Both the position numbers and the translations under genes were made by a program. The notes beneath the pieces were generated by a model. That model did not search any database. It had not been told where the DNA came from and worked only from the letters and a program-made list of their open reading frames with translations. From Candidatus Saccharimonadia bacterium (GTDB lineage: Bacteria > Patescibacteriota > SICC01), in the NCBI GenBank assembly GCA_025449535.1, contig JANWJF010000001.1:421136-485135 (forward strand): a DNA stretch of 64,000 nucleotides, written 5' to 3'. Below, in pieces: positions 1 to 9,045 of the stretch. Every line of letters starts with the position of its first letter. The first letter of the stretch is position 1.

Positions 1-1
1 T

Positions 2-436
2 ACGGAGCATCTGGACCTTTCCGACGTAGCCTTCGACCCGTACGACATCTACCTGGCCTACTGGATCGCCACGCTGCGGCCGGTGCTCGACAGCGGCGGG
101 ACCTACCGGGCGTTCCTCGAGGCTAACGGATGGGTCACGCGGTATGTGCCCGGTTATGCCGACCTGGACTTCGACGTGGCCGCCCCGGCGCGGACGGCGG
201 CCTGGCGGGAACGCCTGCTCTCCGGTCGGGTCGGGGACTGGCTCGAACGACGCCTGTCCGCCTTCCAACTGAAGCGGATCGACACCGAGCCGCGTGCCAA
301 GGAACCGGACGTCCGGATCGTCGCCGACCGCACCATGCTCAAGTTCCACGAGAAAGAACGCCGCAAGACCTACCGGACCGACTGGGAACACCTGATGAAG
401 TCGCTGGGCTTCGATCCGAAGCGTATCCTGGAGTAA
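2..436 (+). CDS. hypothetical protein, C-terminal fragment (open at the 5' end of the window)
   Basis: Frame is open from base 2 with no stop before 436. No family recognised. Confidence 0.4.
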   Translation, partial: TEHLDLSDVAFDPYDIYLAYWIATLRPVLDSGGTYRAFLEANGWVTRYVPGYADLDFDVAAPARTAAWRERLLSGRVGDWLERRLSAFQLKRIDTEPRAKEPDVRIVADRTMLKFHEKERRKTYRTDWEHLMKSLGFDPKRILE

Positions 437-458
437 GCTTGCCTGCTAAAATACAGAC

Positions 459-1073
459 ATGGTACTGTCGCGGTTGCTCGACGCATTGTTTCCCCCGCGC
501 TGCGTCGCTTGCGCGTCGCCGGGATGCTGGTGGTGCACCGGCTGCGACCGGAAACTCCTCCCGCCGCCCGACGGGCCGACCCCTGGCCTGGACCGGTTAT
601 TGGCCGCGGCGGCCCATCGCGACCCGGTGACGCACCTGGTGAAGTCCCTGAAGTATCGGCACGCCAAGGCCGTGGTCCCGGCGATCACCGCCCGGCTCGC
701 TCCGTTGGCCGCGGACGTGGCGCGGGAACGCCCGTTGCTGGTGCCCGTCCCGCTCCACTCACGGCGCCTGCGGGAGCGCGGCCACAACCAGTCGGCGCTG
801 ATCGCCGAGGCGGTATCCGAAGCGACCGGACTGCCGCTCTCCGACGCCTTGGCACGGAGGCGCTACACCCGGACCCAGACGGGGTTGGGGCGGGCGGATC
901 GGCACCGGAACGTCGACGGCGCGTTCGAGTGGACGGGCGCGGCGCTTGGCGCGCAGCCGGTGCTCCTAGTCGACGACGTATACACGACCGGGGCCACGCT
1001 GGCCGCTTGTGCGGAGGCATGCCGCGCCAGCGGCGTGAAGCACGTCTACGGACTCACGGTCGGCAGGCGCTAG
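459..1073 (+). CDS. comFC: ComF family protein (ComFC-like phosphoribosyltransferase)
   Basis: N-terminal Cys-rich zinc ribbon (FPPRCVAC...CxxC). C-terminal PRTase fold motif LLVDDVYTTGAT. Confidence 0.7.
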   Translation: MVLSRLLDALFPPRCVACASPGCWWCTGCDRKLLPPPDGPTPGLDRLLAAAAHRDPVTHLVKSLKYRHAKAVVPAITARLAPLAADVARERPLLVPVPLHSRRLRERGHNQSALIAEAVSEATGLPLSDALARRRYTRTQTGLGRADRHRNVDGAFEWTGAALGAQPVLLVDDVYTTGATLAACAEACRASGVKHVYGLTVGRR

Positions 1074-2803
1074 TTCAGGCTCTGCTCGCCGGCCACCGGG
1101 AAGGCCTTGCGTGGCTTGTAGTTCGAATAGAAGACCCGGTCGATCGGCTCGGGGCCGCCCGTCACCGTGTACCGGAACGAGGCGGTACCTCCGCCTTCTT
1201 CCGTGGCGTTGATACTGAGTACATCGGTGGCGGACTTCCGCCCATCGGGCGTGCCATAGAACTGGTAGGTGATGGACTGGCCGGACACGCTGGTCTGCAC
1301 CAGGATGTGTCCCTTGGTGTTGTTGACGAACTTCATGTCCGGGTTCGGTGGATAGATCGTGGCGTCCATGCCGATCGGCGCGTAGTAGTGGACGGCGTAG
1401 GAGTGGTTCGTGCGGTCGGTGATCGGCAGGCCGGTGTCCATGGCTGCCCGGAACATCGTGGTCGAGACCTGACAGAGGCCGCCGCCATACTGCGGCGTGG
1501 TCTTGTTCTCGAGGATCACCAGCTCGGGGCGATACCCCGTCTCCGGTCCGACGTCCCCGAGGGCCGTATTGAACGAGAACTCCTGGCCGGGCTTGATCAG
1601 GATCCCGTCGAACTTCGCGGCGCCGACCCCGATGTTGAACGTCCGGTTGACCGGACTGCCTTCGAACGTCGTGGTCGCCGAGCCGATCAGTGTCTTCAAG
1701 CCGAGCTTGCCGAGGTTAGTCGGGCTGACCGTGGCCGGTTCCCGGACGATGCGCAGCGTGGCGACCTCGCCGCGCTTGGTCCGGTCGATGACCTCGCGGA
1801 CGGCCGCCGCGCGATCCACCACCAGGCCGTCCTCGGATTGCCCGGAGAAGACCACCTTGCCACCCTGCATCGCCAACCGGCCGTTCCGGGCCGGGCGGTC
1901 CACCTGGTCGGCGACCGTCTTCACGTAGGTCCCTACGCGTTCCCGGTCGTACTCCGCTGCCAACCGGTACTGCTCCTCCCCGAGCTCAGCCGGGGTCAGG
2001 TACAGGTCCTTCAGGAACGCCGGCACCACGGTCGCGTCGGACAAGGGCGTCTTCACGGTCCGCTTCGCCACCTCGAAGCCCACCCAGTCCCGGACCGTGT
2101 CCGCGCCCGGATGGAATTCCCGGTCACTCGCCTCCACCAAGGCCGGCTGGTCCGCCAGGAACCGGGCCTTGGCCAGGGCCGGGGCCAGGTCGCGGGAAGT
2201 GACCCGGGGACGCAGCGTGACGCGACGCACGGTGACGCTCGTGCCAAACCGTTCGATCGCCAGGCTGGCGTCCCGGACCGCCCGGTCCGTGTCGATGCCG
2301 AACCCGTCCTCCGCCGGCCGGCCCTCGAAGTCGTCACCGACGCGGACGACGGACGCATCGACGGACGGCACCGTGGAATCTGCCGTGCGTTCGAGCAGCT
2401 TCTGCTTGAGCGCGGCCCGGTTCAAACGGTAGACCAAGGGGGAATCATACGTGCCGAAGCCGAACGACGAAGGCGCCAGGGCGATACCGAGGTCGCTCCG
2501 CCCGGCCCGCATCGCCGCCTCGGCCGTGGCCTTGGCGTCGATCTTCAGGCCCAGTTCCGCCGCCGGAAAGACGTACGCCTTCTTGCCGTCGACGAACGTC
2601 AGGCGCTGGATCTCATTGGCCCGGTCAGCGATCGTGGCCGCCGCTTCCGACTCGGTCTGGCCACCGAGGTTACTGCCGGCCACGGACACGCCGGGCAGTA
2701 CCCGGTCGCGATAGATGACCTGGCTGAGGCCGACGATACCCAGCACGATTATTACGACCGTCAGGGCAGCGCGCAAGAACGGCCTACCCCCTCGCTCGCT
2801 CAT
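1070..2803 (-). CDS. VanW family protein with N-terminal TM anchor
   Basis: VanW-like motif GGGLCQVSTTMFRAA. Start assigned to the internal ATG (MSERGG...TM helix), preceded by a GGGGAG SD. Stop overlaps the upstream ORF by 4 nt. Confidence 0.7.
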   Translation of the reverse strand: MSERGGRPFLRAALTVVIIVLGIVGLSQVIYRDRVLPGVSVAGSNLGGQTESEAAATIADRANEIQRLTFVDGKKAYVFPAAELGLKIDAKATAEAAMRAGRSDLGIALAPSSFGFGTYDSPLVYRLNRAALKQKLLERTADSTVPSVDASVVRVGDDFEGRPAEDGFGIDTDRAVRDASLAIERFGTSVTVRRVTLRPRVTSRDLAPALAKARFLADQPALVEASDREFHPGADTVRDWVGFEVAKRTVKTPLSDATVVPAFLKDLYLTPAELGEEQYRLAAEYDRERVGTYVKTVADQVDRPARNGRLAMQGGKVVFSGQSEDGLVVDRAAAVREVIDRTKRGEVATLRIVREPATVSPTNLGKLGLKTLIGSATTTFEGSPVNRTFNIGVGAAKFDGILIKPGQEFSFNTALGDVGPETGYRPELVILENKTTPQYGGGLCQVSTTMFRAAMDTGLPITDRTNHSYAVHYYAPIGMDATIYPPNPDMKFVNNTKGHILVQTSVSGQSITYQFYGTPDGRKSATDVLSINATEEGGGTASFRYTVTGGPEPIDRVFYSNYKPRKAFPVAGEQSLN

Positions 2804-3030
2804 CGCTCCCCGCCGAGCAATTCCTTCAGTACCACTCGGGCCTGCTCGTGCCGGTCCGTCTCGGCCTGCGCTTCGCTCAGCAGCCGGACCACGACCGTAT
2901 CTCCTTTCCGGACGTCCGGAGCCTGTTCGCGGGGCCACTCGAACCGCCGGTCACCGAGGCGCAATGTGACCGTTCGTGCTGAGACGGATTCGACGACCGC
3001 TTTCTGCTCATGCGGATTCATTGTAGACAC
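2800..3030 (-). CDS. DUF3006-like small protein
   Basis: 76 aa. Pattern ...VTLRLGDRRFEWPRE..P.VRKGDTVVV resembles DUF3006. ATGA overlap with the VanW gene. Confidence 0.45.
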   Translation of the reverse strand: MSTMNPHEQKAVVESVSARTVTLRLGDRRFEWPREQAPDVRKGDTVVVRLLSEAQAETDRHEQARVVLKELLGGER

Positions 3031-3091
3031 TGCTTACCGTTTGGACATAGGGAACGTATCAGTATAGCCTGCCCGGACGTGCACCGCTCGC

Positions 3092-4216
3092 TCAATCCAG
3101 AACGGACTCGTAGACGGCGAGGGTCTCGCGGGCCATCCGCTTCCAAGAGTACCGCTTGGCCTGTGCCAGGCCGCGCCGGCGGAGCGAGGTCCGCAGGCGC
3201 CGGTCGGTCAGTACCCGCTCCAACGCCCCGGCCATCTCGGCGGTGTTCCGCGGGTTGAAGAAGTGCGCGGCCGTGCCGAGGATCTCCGGCATCGGTTGGG
3301 CGTCGGAGGAGGTCACCGGCGTGCCGCTAGCCATCGCCTCGAGCGGTGGCAGGCCGAATCCTTCGGTCAACGAGGGGAACACGAACGCATCGGCGGAAGC
3401 ATAGTACTTCGGCAGGTCCTCGTAGTCGACGAAGCCGGTCAGCCGGACGTCGCGCTCGAGCCCGAGTCGCCGGATCGTCTCAGGGATGATCGGGAACGCC
3501 GGGTCGCGCTTACCCACCAACACCAGCTCGACGTCGCGACGCTCACGGAGCTTCTTGAACGCCCGGAAAAGTCGGATCAGGTTCTTGTGTTCGCGCCATT
3601 CGCCGGCGTACATCAGGAACGGCCGGTCGAGGCCATGCTGACGCCGGAACGCGATCTTCGCCGCCGGACTGAGCGGCCGGTAACGATCCTCGGCCGCTTC
3701 GTAGATCACCTTGATCCGATCCTGCGGCGTCCGGAACTTCCGGGCCACCAGTCGCCGCTGGTATTCGGAGATCGTGATCACCGCCTTGCTGTGCGCGATG
3801 CCTTTGCGGACGACCAGACGCATCGGATGCATCTTGAGCCGGGAGAGCCGGCTGCGGCCGGAGTACTCCAGCAACGTCACGTCGTGGACCGTCACCACAA
3901 ACGGCTTCCGGTATCGGATCGGGTAGTTGAAGTTGGTGAAGTGGACCAGGTCCAGACCGGCGCGCTCGAGTTGTCCCGATAGTCCCAGCTGTTCGCGGAA
4001 CGTGTAGTGGCGGATCGTGGTCGGCAGGACCTCGAACGGTAGGCCGGAGCGCTTAAAGGCCGGCACGTCCTCCTCGAGAAGCAGCACTATGAAGATGTGT
4101 GGCGTCCGCAGCTTGGCGAGATGCTCGAGCAGTTCGCGGGTGTACCGCGCCAGGCCCGAGCCGGTCCCGTAGAACCGGGCGTCGACGCAGATCCGCTTAC
4201 CCTGTCGCTTGCTCAC
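3092..4216 (-). CDS. glycosyltransferase family 1 (GT4-type)
   Basis: EGFGLPPLEAMASGTPV motif, GT-B fold. Confidence 0.8.
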   Translation of the reverse strand: MSKRQGKRICVDARFYGTGSGLARYTRELLEHLAKLRTPHIFIVLLLEEDVPAFKRSGLPFEVLPTTIRHYTFREQLGLSGQLERAGLDLVHFTNFNYPIRYRKPFVVTVHDVTLLEYSGRSRLSRLKMHPMRLVVRKGIAHSKAVITISEYQRRLVARKFRTPQDRIKVIYEAAEDRYRPLSPAAKIAFRRQHGLDRPFLMYAGEWREHKNLIRLFRAFKKLRERRDVELVLVGKRDPAFPIIPETIRRLGLERDVRLTGFVDYEDLPKYYASADAFVFPSLTEGFGLPPLEAMASGTPVTSSDAQPMPEILGTAAHFFNPRNTAEMAGALERVLTDRRLRTSLRRRGLAQAKRYSWKRMARETLAVYESVLD

Positions 4217-5448
4217 GCGGCCCTCCGCTTCGCTGCCTGCGGCAGCACGGTCAGCAGCAGTACGACCATGAAGACCAAGGCCAGGTCGTTCTTGAGGATC
4301 GGCGTGTCCACCAGGCCGTGCGTGACGATCGCGGCCGTCATGGCGGCGGCCGGCGGGACCCAGGCGTCACGGCGCCGGTATAGCAGCCGGGCGGCGGTAC
4401 CGAGCAAGCCGAGGAGTCCCAGCAGCGCCAGCAGGCCCCATTCCGTCCAGGTGACCAGGAACACGTTGTGGGCGTCCGGTGCGCGCGGGATCACGAATTG
4501 CCGGAGTTCCTCATCCCCGCCCATCCGGCGCCGCACCTCGTCCTGGAAATGCTCCGGGCCGGCGCCGAGCAACGGCCGTTCCCCGACCACTTCCAGCGCG
4601 GTCTTCCACAGCACGCTCCGGGTGGAGTACTGGTCGCTCCGTTCGACCAGGGTGAGCCCGGCGGTCGCTACCAGTCCGAGGGCCAGGGCCACCACCGCGC
4701 CCCGCTTCAGCCAGACGGCTCCGCTGCGCAGCGCCACCAGCGTGGCGGCTCCGATCGCGAAGGCGAGCACGCCGCCACGCGACTGCGAGCCGGCCAGCAG
4801 CCCTAACGCCAGCAGCGCCGGTACATAGCGGACGTACGCCGGCAGCCGCTGCGGCCAGCCGATCAGAAGCAGGCCCAACGGCACGCCGAGGTGGGCCAGG
4901 AAGTTCGCGGACTGGAACGGTCCGGTCAGCCGACCATCGTACGACAGCGCCGTGCCGCCGAGCGCCAGTGCGGCGGTCCAGAGCGCCGTGATCCCGACGG
5001 CGGCGGCGGCTCCGTAGGCGATCGGACGAGCGGACTCCTTCGTGAACACGGTCCGGGCCACCACGAAGAACAATACGGGTTCGAGGAAGAACGCTCGCCA
5101 CAGCCCGAGTCCCTGCTGGGGGTCCGGCGCCAGGAGTGCAGCCACGAGCGAACCGCCGGCCCAGAGCGCGAGCCAGGGGTCGTACGGCGACCAGCGGGGC
5201 TTGTACGCCGGCCAACGGCTGAGTATCCCGAGCAGGACCGCGCCGAGCAGCAGCTCGAGCAACGTGGTCGGGAGACCGAGCGAGCCGCGCACCTGGTAGA
5301 GCGGCAGCGCCGCGACCACCAGCCCCAAGCCGCCGCCGGGGTGGCGACGGGTGAAGAGGAACGCTCCCAGAAGGAGCGCCATCACCGCGACCCAGGCGAT
5401 CGGGCCGGCGACGGTGAGGGTCTGCTCGGCGCCGATCGCGGAAATCAT
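4213..5448 (-). CDS. O-antigen ligase/polymerase-like (Wzy_C) polytopic membrane protein
   Basis: Multi-TM. Start moved to the internal ATG (MISAIGAE...), giving a 4-nt ATGA overlap with the upstream gene; the longer ORF would overlap it by 244 nt. Confidence 0.6.
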   Translation of the reverse strand: MISAIGAEQTLTVAGPIAWVAVMALLLGAFLFTRRHPGGGLGLVVAALPLYQVRGSLGLPTTLLELLLGAVLLGILSRWPAYKPRWSPYDPWLALWAGGSLVAALLAPDPQQGLGLWRAFFLEPVLFFVVARTVFTKESARPIAYGAAAAVGITALWTAALALGGTALSYDGRLTGPFQSANFLAHLGVPLGLLLIGWPQRLPAYVRYVPALLALGLLAGSQSRGGVLAFAIGAATLVALRSGAVWLKRGAVVALALGLVATAGLTLVERSDQYSTRSVLWKTALEVVGERPLLGAGPEHFQDEVRRRMGGDEELRQFVIPRAPDAHNVFLVTWTEWGLLALLGLLGLLGTAARLLYRRRDAWVPPAAAMTAAIVTHGLVDTPILKNDLALVFMVVLLLTVLPQAAKRRAA

Positions 5449-6770
5449 CGGGAGGACCTGATCGGTACGGTGACGGCCAAGAGTAACGCCCAGGGCACGA
5501 ACAGGAAGAGGTAGAAGAGGGCGTTGTTGAGGAACGAGGCCGCCAGGTAGGCGATCGTGAAGAAGAACAACGCGTTGGCGGGCTCGGCTGCCGGACCCGC
5601 GACAGCACGCAGCCGCCAGAGCCGGCGCAGCACCTGGGCGTAGAACGCCAGGAGCAGCGCCAGGCCGACGATCCCGGTCGTGACCCATATGTTGAGCAGC
5701 GAGCTGTCGGAGCCCTGGATCGAGTTCTTCTTGAGCGCCTTCTCGGTCACGACCTCTTGGTCAACCAGCGCCGTGCCGTAGGCATTGTAGCCGACCCCGA
5801 TCACTGGACTGGTCTGCAGCAGATCCCAGCCCTGCCGCAGCGTGGTGATGCGGGCGCTGCCGGTGGGATCACACTCCTTGTCCGTCCGTTCATCGCAGTC
5901 GAACCCTTGCTTGGAGTACCGCGAGGTGTCCGCGAGCGAGGGCGCCGTATCGAACCGCGAGCCCAGCCGGGTCGGTACGAACAGGGTGCCGATGAACACG
6001 GCGACCAGCGCCAGGCTGAATAGCTTCTTGTACTTCCAGGCGACCGCCGGGACTGCGATCAGCCCGGCCAGCCAGGCGCTGCGGGAATAGGTCAGGTACA
6101 GCCCCACCCAACCGGATAGGAAGAGGACGACGTACCCGATCCGGGTCCAGTGCTTCGTGATGAAAGCCCGTCCGAGCGAGAACGCCATCACCAGCGCCAG
6201 GAACGGACCGAAGAGGTTCGGGTCGTAGAAGGTGGACAGCAGTCGGCCCAGGTGGGGGTCCCACCCCTGCGGCACCATGAAGATGAAATTCGGGAACAGG
6301 GCGAGGATCAGGAAGCCGAACCCCACCAGCGCCACAGCGGCGGCCACGAACCACTCGGTGACCGGGCGGCGCAGCTCCTTGGCCCGGGAGGCCGTGAACC
6401 AGGCCAGGAAGAACACTACTGAGATCCGCGCCAGATAGGACGCGGCGACCACGACTTCCTTCGGTTCGTATGCGAAGGCGTTGATGCCGAGCGCGACCGC
6501 GGCCCAGAGCAGGAACGACAGGCTCCACTTCCAGACGGAATCGTGCCAGACGGACCGGAGGAAGTCCCCGAGGGAGCGGGTCTTCAGTAGGTGCCCGAGG
6601 ACGGCCAGGGACGAAATCCCGAGGACTACGTCGAGGATACTGACGGCCGCGCCGAAGCCGGAGAACGGCTGGATCCGGACCGCCTGCCCGGCGACGAGCG
6701 AACCGAAGATAGCCGCGACGAGCGCGACCGGCCAGAGTTGCTTCGTGCGGGATGCCGCCATACGTCTCAT
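5445..6770 (-). CDS. O-antigen ligase family membrane protein
   Basis: About 10 TM helices. YSRSAWLAGL motif typical of Wzy_C/O-antigen ligase. Confidence 0.65.
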   Translation of the reverse strand: MRRMAASRTKQLWPVALVAAIFGSLVAGQAVRIQPFSGFGAAVSILDVVLGISSLAVLGHLLKTRSLGDFLRSVWHDSVWKWSLSFLLWAAVALGINAFAYEPKEVVVAASYLARISVVFFLAWFTASRAKELRRPVTEWFVAAAVALVGFGFLILALFPNFIFMVPQGWDPHLGRLLSTFYDPNLFGPFLALVMAFSLGRAFITKHWTRIGYVVLFLSGWVGLYLTYSRSAWLAGLIAVPAVAWKYKKLFSLALVAVFIGTLFVPTRLGSRFDTAPSLADTSRYSKQGFDCDERTDKECDPTGSARITTLRQGWDLLQTSPVIGVGYNAYGTALVDQEVVTEKALKKNSIQGSDSSLLNIWVTTGIVGLALLLAFYAQVLRRLWRLRAVAGPAAEPANALFFFTIAYLAASFLNNALFYLFLFVPWALLLAVTVPIRSSR

Positions 6771-6780
6771 GATACTGAAC

Positions 6781-7869
6781 CTAGCGGTCCAGGGCCTCCC
6801 GGATCGCGCCCAGGGTCGCCTTGGCGCTCTTGTCCCAACCGAACCGCTTGGCGCGTCGCTGTCCGGCGGCGGACAGCTTGCGGCGGCGCGGCGCGCTGCC
6901 GAGCAGCCGTTCGATGCCGGTGCGGATCGAGGAGACGTCCTGCGGATCGACGTACTCCGCGGCGTCCCCGGCCACCTCGCGCAGCACCGGCAGGTCGGAG
7001 ACCGCGGCCGGCGCTCCCGCGTGCATCGCCTCCAGGACGGGCAGGCCGAACCCTTCCAGCAGGCTCGGGTAGGCGAAGACGGTCGCGCCGCGGTACAACG
7101 CGGCCAGTTCCGCGTCGGTCGGCGCCTCGATCACCTTTACCCGGCGGGTACCGACCATGGCCCGCTTCACCGGACGGTACCGCCAGCCCCAGCGGCCGGC
7201 GATCACCAGCGCGGTGTCACGGCGGCGGGACTCGGGGATCGACCGGAACGCCTCGATTAACCGGGCGTGGTTCTTGCGCGGTTCGATCGTCCCGACCGCC
7301 AGGACGTACCGCTTCGGCAGCTGCTGCGCCTTGGCGACCTTCCGGGCCGCGGCCGGCGCGGGAGCCGTTCGGAAGGAATCCGCGGCCAACGGCGCGACGG
7401 TGACTTCCGGCACGCGGCGGTACCGCTCCCGGAGCGCCGTGGCCGTCGCCTCGGAGTTCACGACTACGCCGGCGGCCTTCCGCAGGGCGTGCCGCAGCGT
7501 CAGCCGTTCGATCAGCCGGGTCCGCAGGCTCCCGCCCCACTGCCGCGAGAACGCCAGCAGGTCATGGACGAAGAGTACCGTGGGTACCTTCAGGTGGCGA
7601 GGGGTGAGGTAGCTGAGCGGCGAGAAGTAGCAGTCCACCGCCCGGTTCGCCGCGGCGGCGGTCCGGCGGTGCCAGAACGGTCCGCGTCCCGGTACCACCC
7701 GCCAGCGGCAGTTGTCCGGCAGGTTCCAGTCGAACCGGCGGTCGGTGAACAGCAGCCAGGTGTCGCGCGGCGACAGCCGCGCCAGGCGTGGCACCAGCTC
7801 GGCAACCACGCGCCCCTTGCCGGCCCGACGGTCCGGCGCGGCCTCCCGTACGTCTACTCCGATAACCAT
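6781..7869 (-). CDS. glycosyltransferase family 1
   Basis: EGFGLPVLEAMHAGAP motif. Confidence 0.8.
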   Translation of the reverse strand: MVIGVDVREAAPDRRAGKGRVVAELVPRLARLSPRDTWLLFTDRRFDWNLPDNCRWRVVPGRGPFWHRRTAAAANRAVDCYFSPLSYLTPRHLKVPTVLFVHDLLAFSRQWGGSLRTRLIERLTLRHALRKAAGVVVNSEATATALRERYRRVPEVTVAPLAADSFRTAPAPAAARKVAKAQQLPKRYVLAVGTIEPRKNHARLIEAFRSIPESRRRDTALVIAGRWGWRYRPVKRAMVGTRRVKVIEAPTDAELAALYRGATVFAYPSLLEGFGLPVLEAMHAGAPAAVSDLPVLREVAGDAAEYVDPQDVSSIRTGIERLLGSAPRRRKLSAAGQRRAKRFGWDKSAKATLGAIREALDR

Positions 7870-7874
7870 ACCGC

Positions 7875-9035
7875 CTATTTTACGGCACTTTTCGGCGGCG
7901 CGACGCGCGCGTTGCCCACGCCGAGTGCCTTATAGTACGCGCCGAGCGTCTTGTGGGCGGCGCGCTGCCAGGTGAACCGGGCGGCCTGCTCGTGGCCCGC
8001 CTCGACCAGGCGTTCCCGGAGCTTCGCGTCGTCGAGCACCCGTTCGATCGCCAGGCGCATCCCCTTGTCGTCGTCGGGGTCGAAGTACAGCGCGGCGGTG
8101 CCGGCCACTTCCGGCATCGAGGAGGTGTTCGACGTGACGACCGGCGTGCCGGCGGTCATCGCTTCGAGCAGCGGGATGCCGAACCCTTCGTAGTGCGAGG
8201 GGAAGACGAACGCCTTGGCGCCGGAGAACAGCGCCGGCAGTTCCGCGTCCGGCACGTAGCCGGTGAGGATCACCCGGTCCGTCAGGCCGAGCTTCCGGAT
8301 CAGCCGTTCCGTCTCCTCGAACAGCCAGCCCTGCCCGCCGACCACTACCAGTTGCTCGCGTACGTGCTTGCGCATCGCCGAGAACGCCAGCAGCAACGTC
8401 TCCAGGTTCTTCCGGGGCTCCAACGTGCCGACGGTCAGCAAGTAGTCGCGGTCGATACCGTACTTCTTGGCGATCCGGCCCCGGGTCGCCGGGTCCTGCT
8501 GCTCCGCGAACCGCGGATGGGCGGCGTGCGGCACGACGGTGATCCGGTTCCGGGAGACCCCGAACGCGTCGATGATGCCGTCGCGGGTCGACTCGGACAC
8601 GGCGATGACCTGCGCGGCCCGCTCCAGCGTATCCGGCACGAACCGCTTGAGGTACTCGAGATTCTTGGGCTCCACGTAGCCCGGGTGCTTCACGAAGGTG
8701 AGGTCGTGGATCGTCACTACGAACGGCTTGCGGGTCGGCGGGGCCACGTAGTTCGTGAAGTGCCATAGATCGCAGCGCGGCGCCGGCAGGTCCACCGTCG
8801 GCCAGCCGACGGTCTTCCAGAGCAGCTGCCAGCCACGGCGCCAGTTCCCCTGGAACGGGTAATGATGCGCGTTCGGGGCGGTCGGATGGACCGGGGATCC
8901 CCACAGGTGGTAAGCGTTCTGCGTATCGAGCTTGAGGAGTGCCGGAACCAACTGCTTGATGTAGACCCCGGCGCCGCCGGCCTGCCCGCCACGGTACTCC
9001 AGCCAGCGCGTGTCGATGTTGAAGGTGTGCGCCAT
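7875..9035 (-). CDS. glycosyltransferase family 1
   Basis: EGFGIPLLEAMTAGTPVV motif. Start set to the internal ATG (MAHTFNID), which avoids overlap with the upstream gene. Confidence 0.8.
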   Translation of the reverse strand: MAHTFNIDTRWLEYRGGQAGGAGVYIKQLVPALLKLDTQNAYHLWGSPVHPTAPNAHHYPFQGNWRRGWQLLWKTVGWPTVDLPAPRCDLWHFTNYVAPPTRKPFVVTIHDLTFVKHPGYVEPKNLEYLKRFVPDTLERAAQVIAVSESTRDGIIDAFGVSRNRITVVPHAAHPRFAEQQDPATRGRIAKKYGIDRDYLLTVGTLEPRKNLETLLLAFSAMRKHVREQLVVVGGQGWLFEETERLIRKLGLTDRVILTGYVPDAELPALFSGAKAFVFPSHYEGFGIPLLEAMTAGTPVVTSNTSSMPEVAGTAALYFDPDDDKGMRLAIERVLDDAKLRERLVEAGHEQAARFTWQRAAHKTLGAYYKALGVGNARVAPPKSAVK

Positions 9036-9045
9036 ACCTACCAGC

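Noticed and set aside
509-3067. 852-aa ORF on the plus strand spanning comFC, VanW and the DUF3006-like gene
   Set aside because: Arg/Gly/Pro-rich translation of a high-GC region in an alternative frame or antisense. It overlaps three well-supported genes, so it is a shadow ORF. The same reasoning applies to other long Arg/Pro-rich shadow ORFs in the supplied ORF track.
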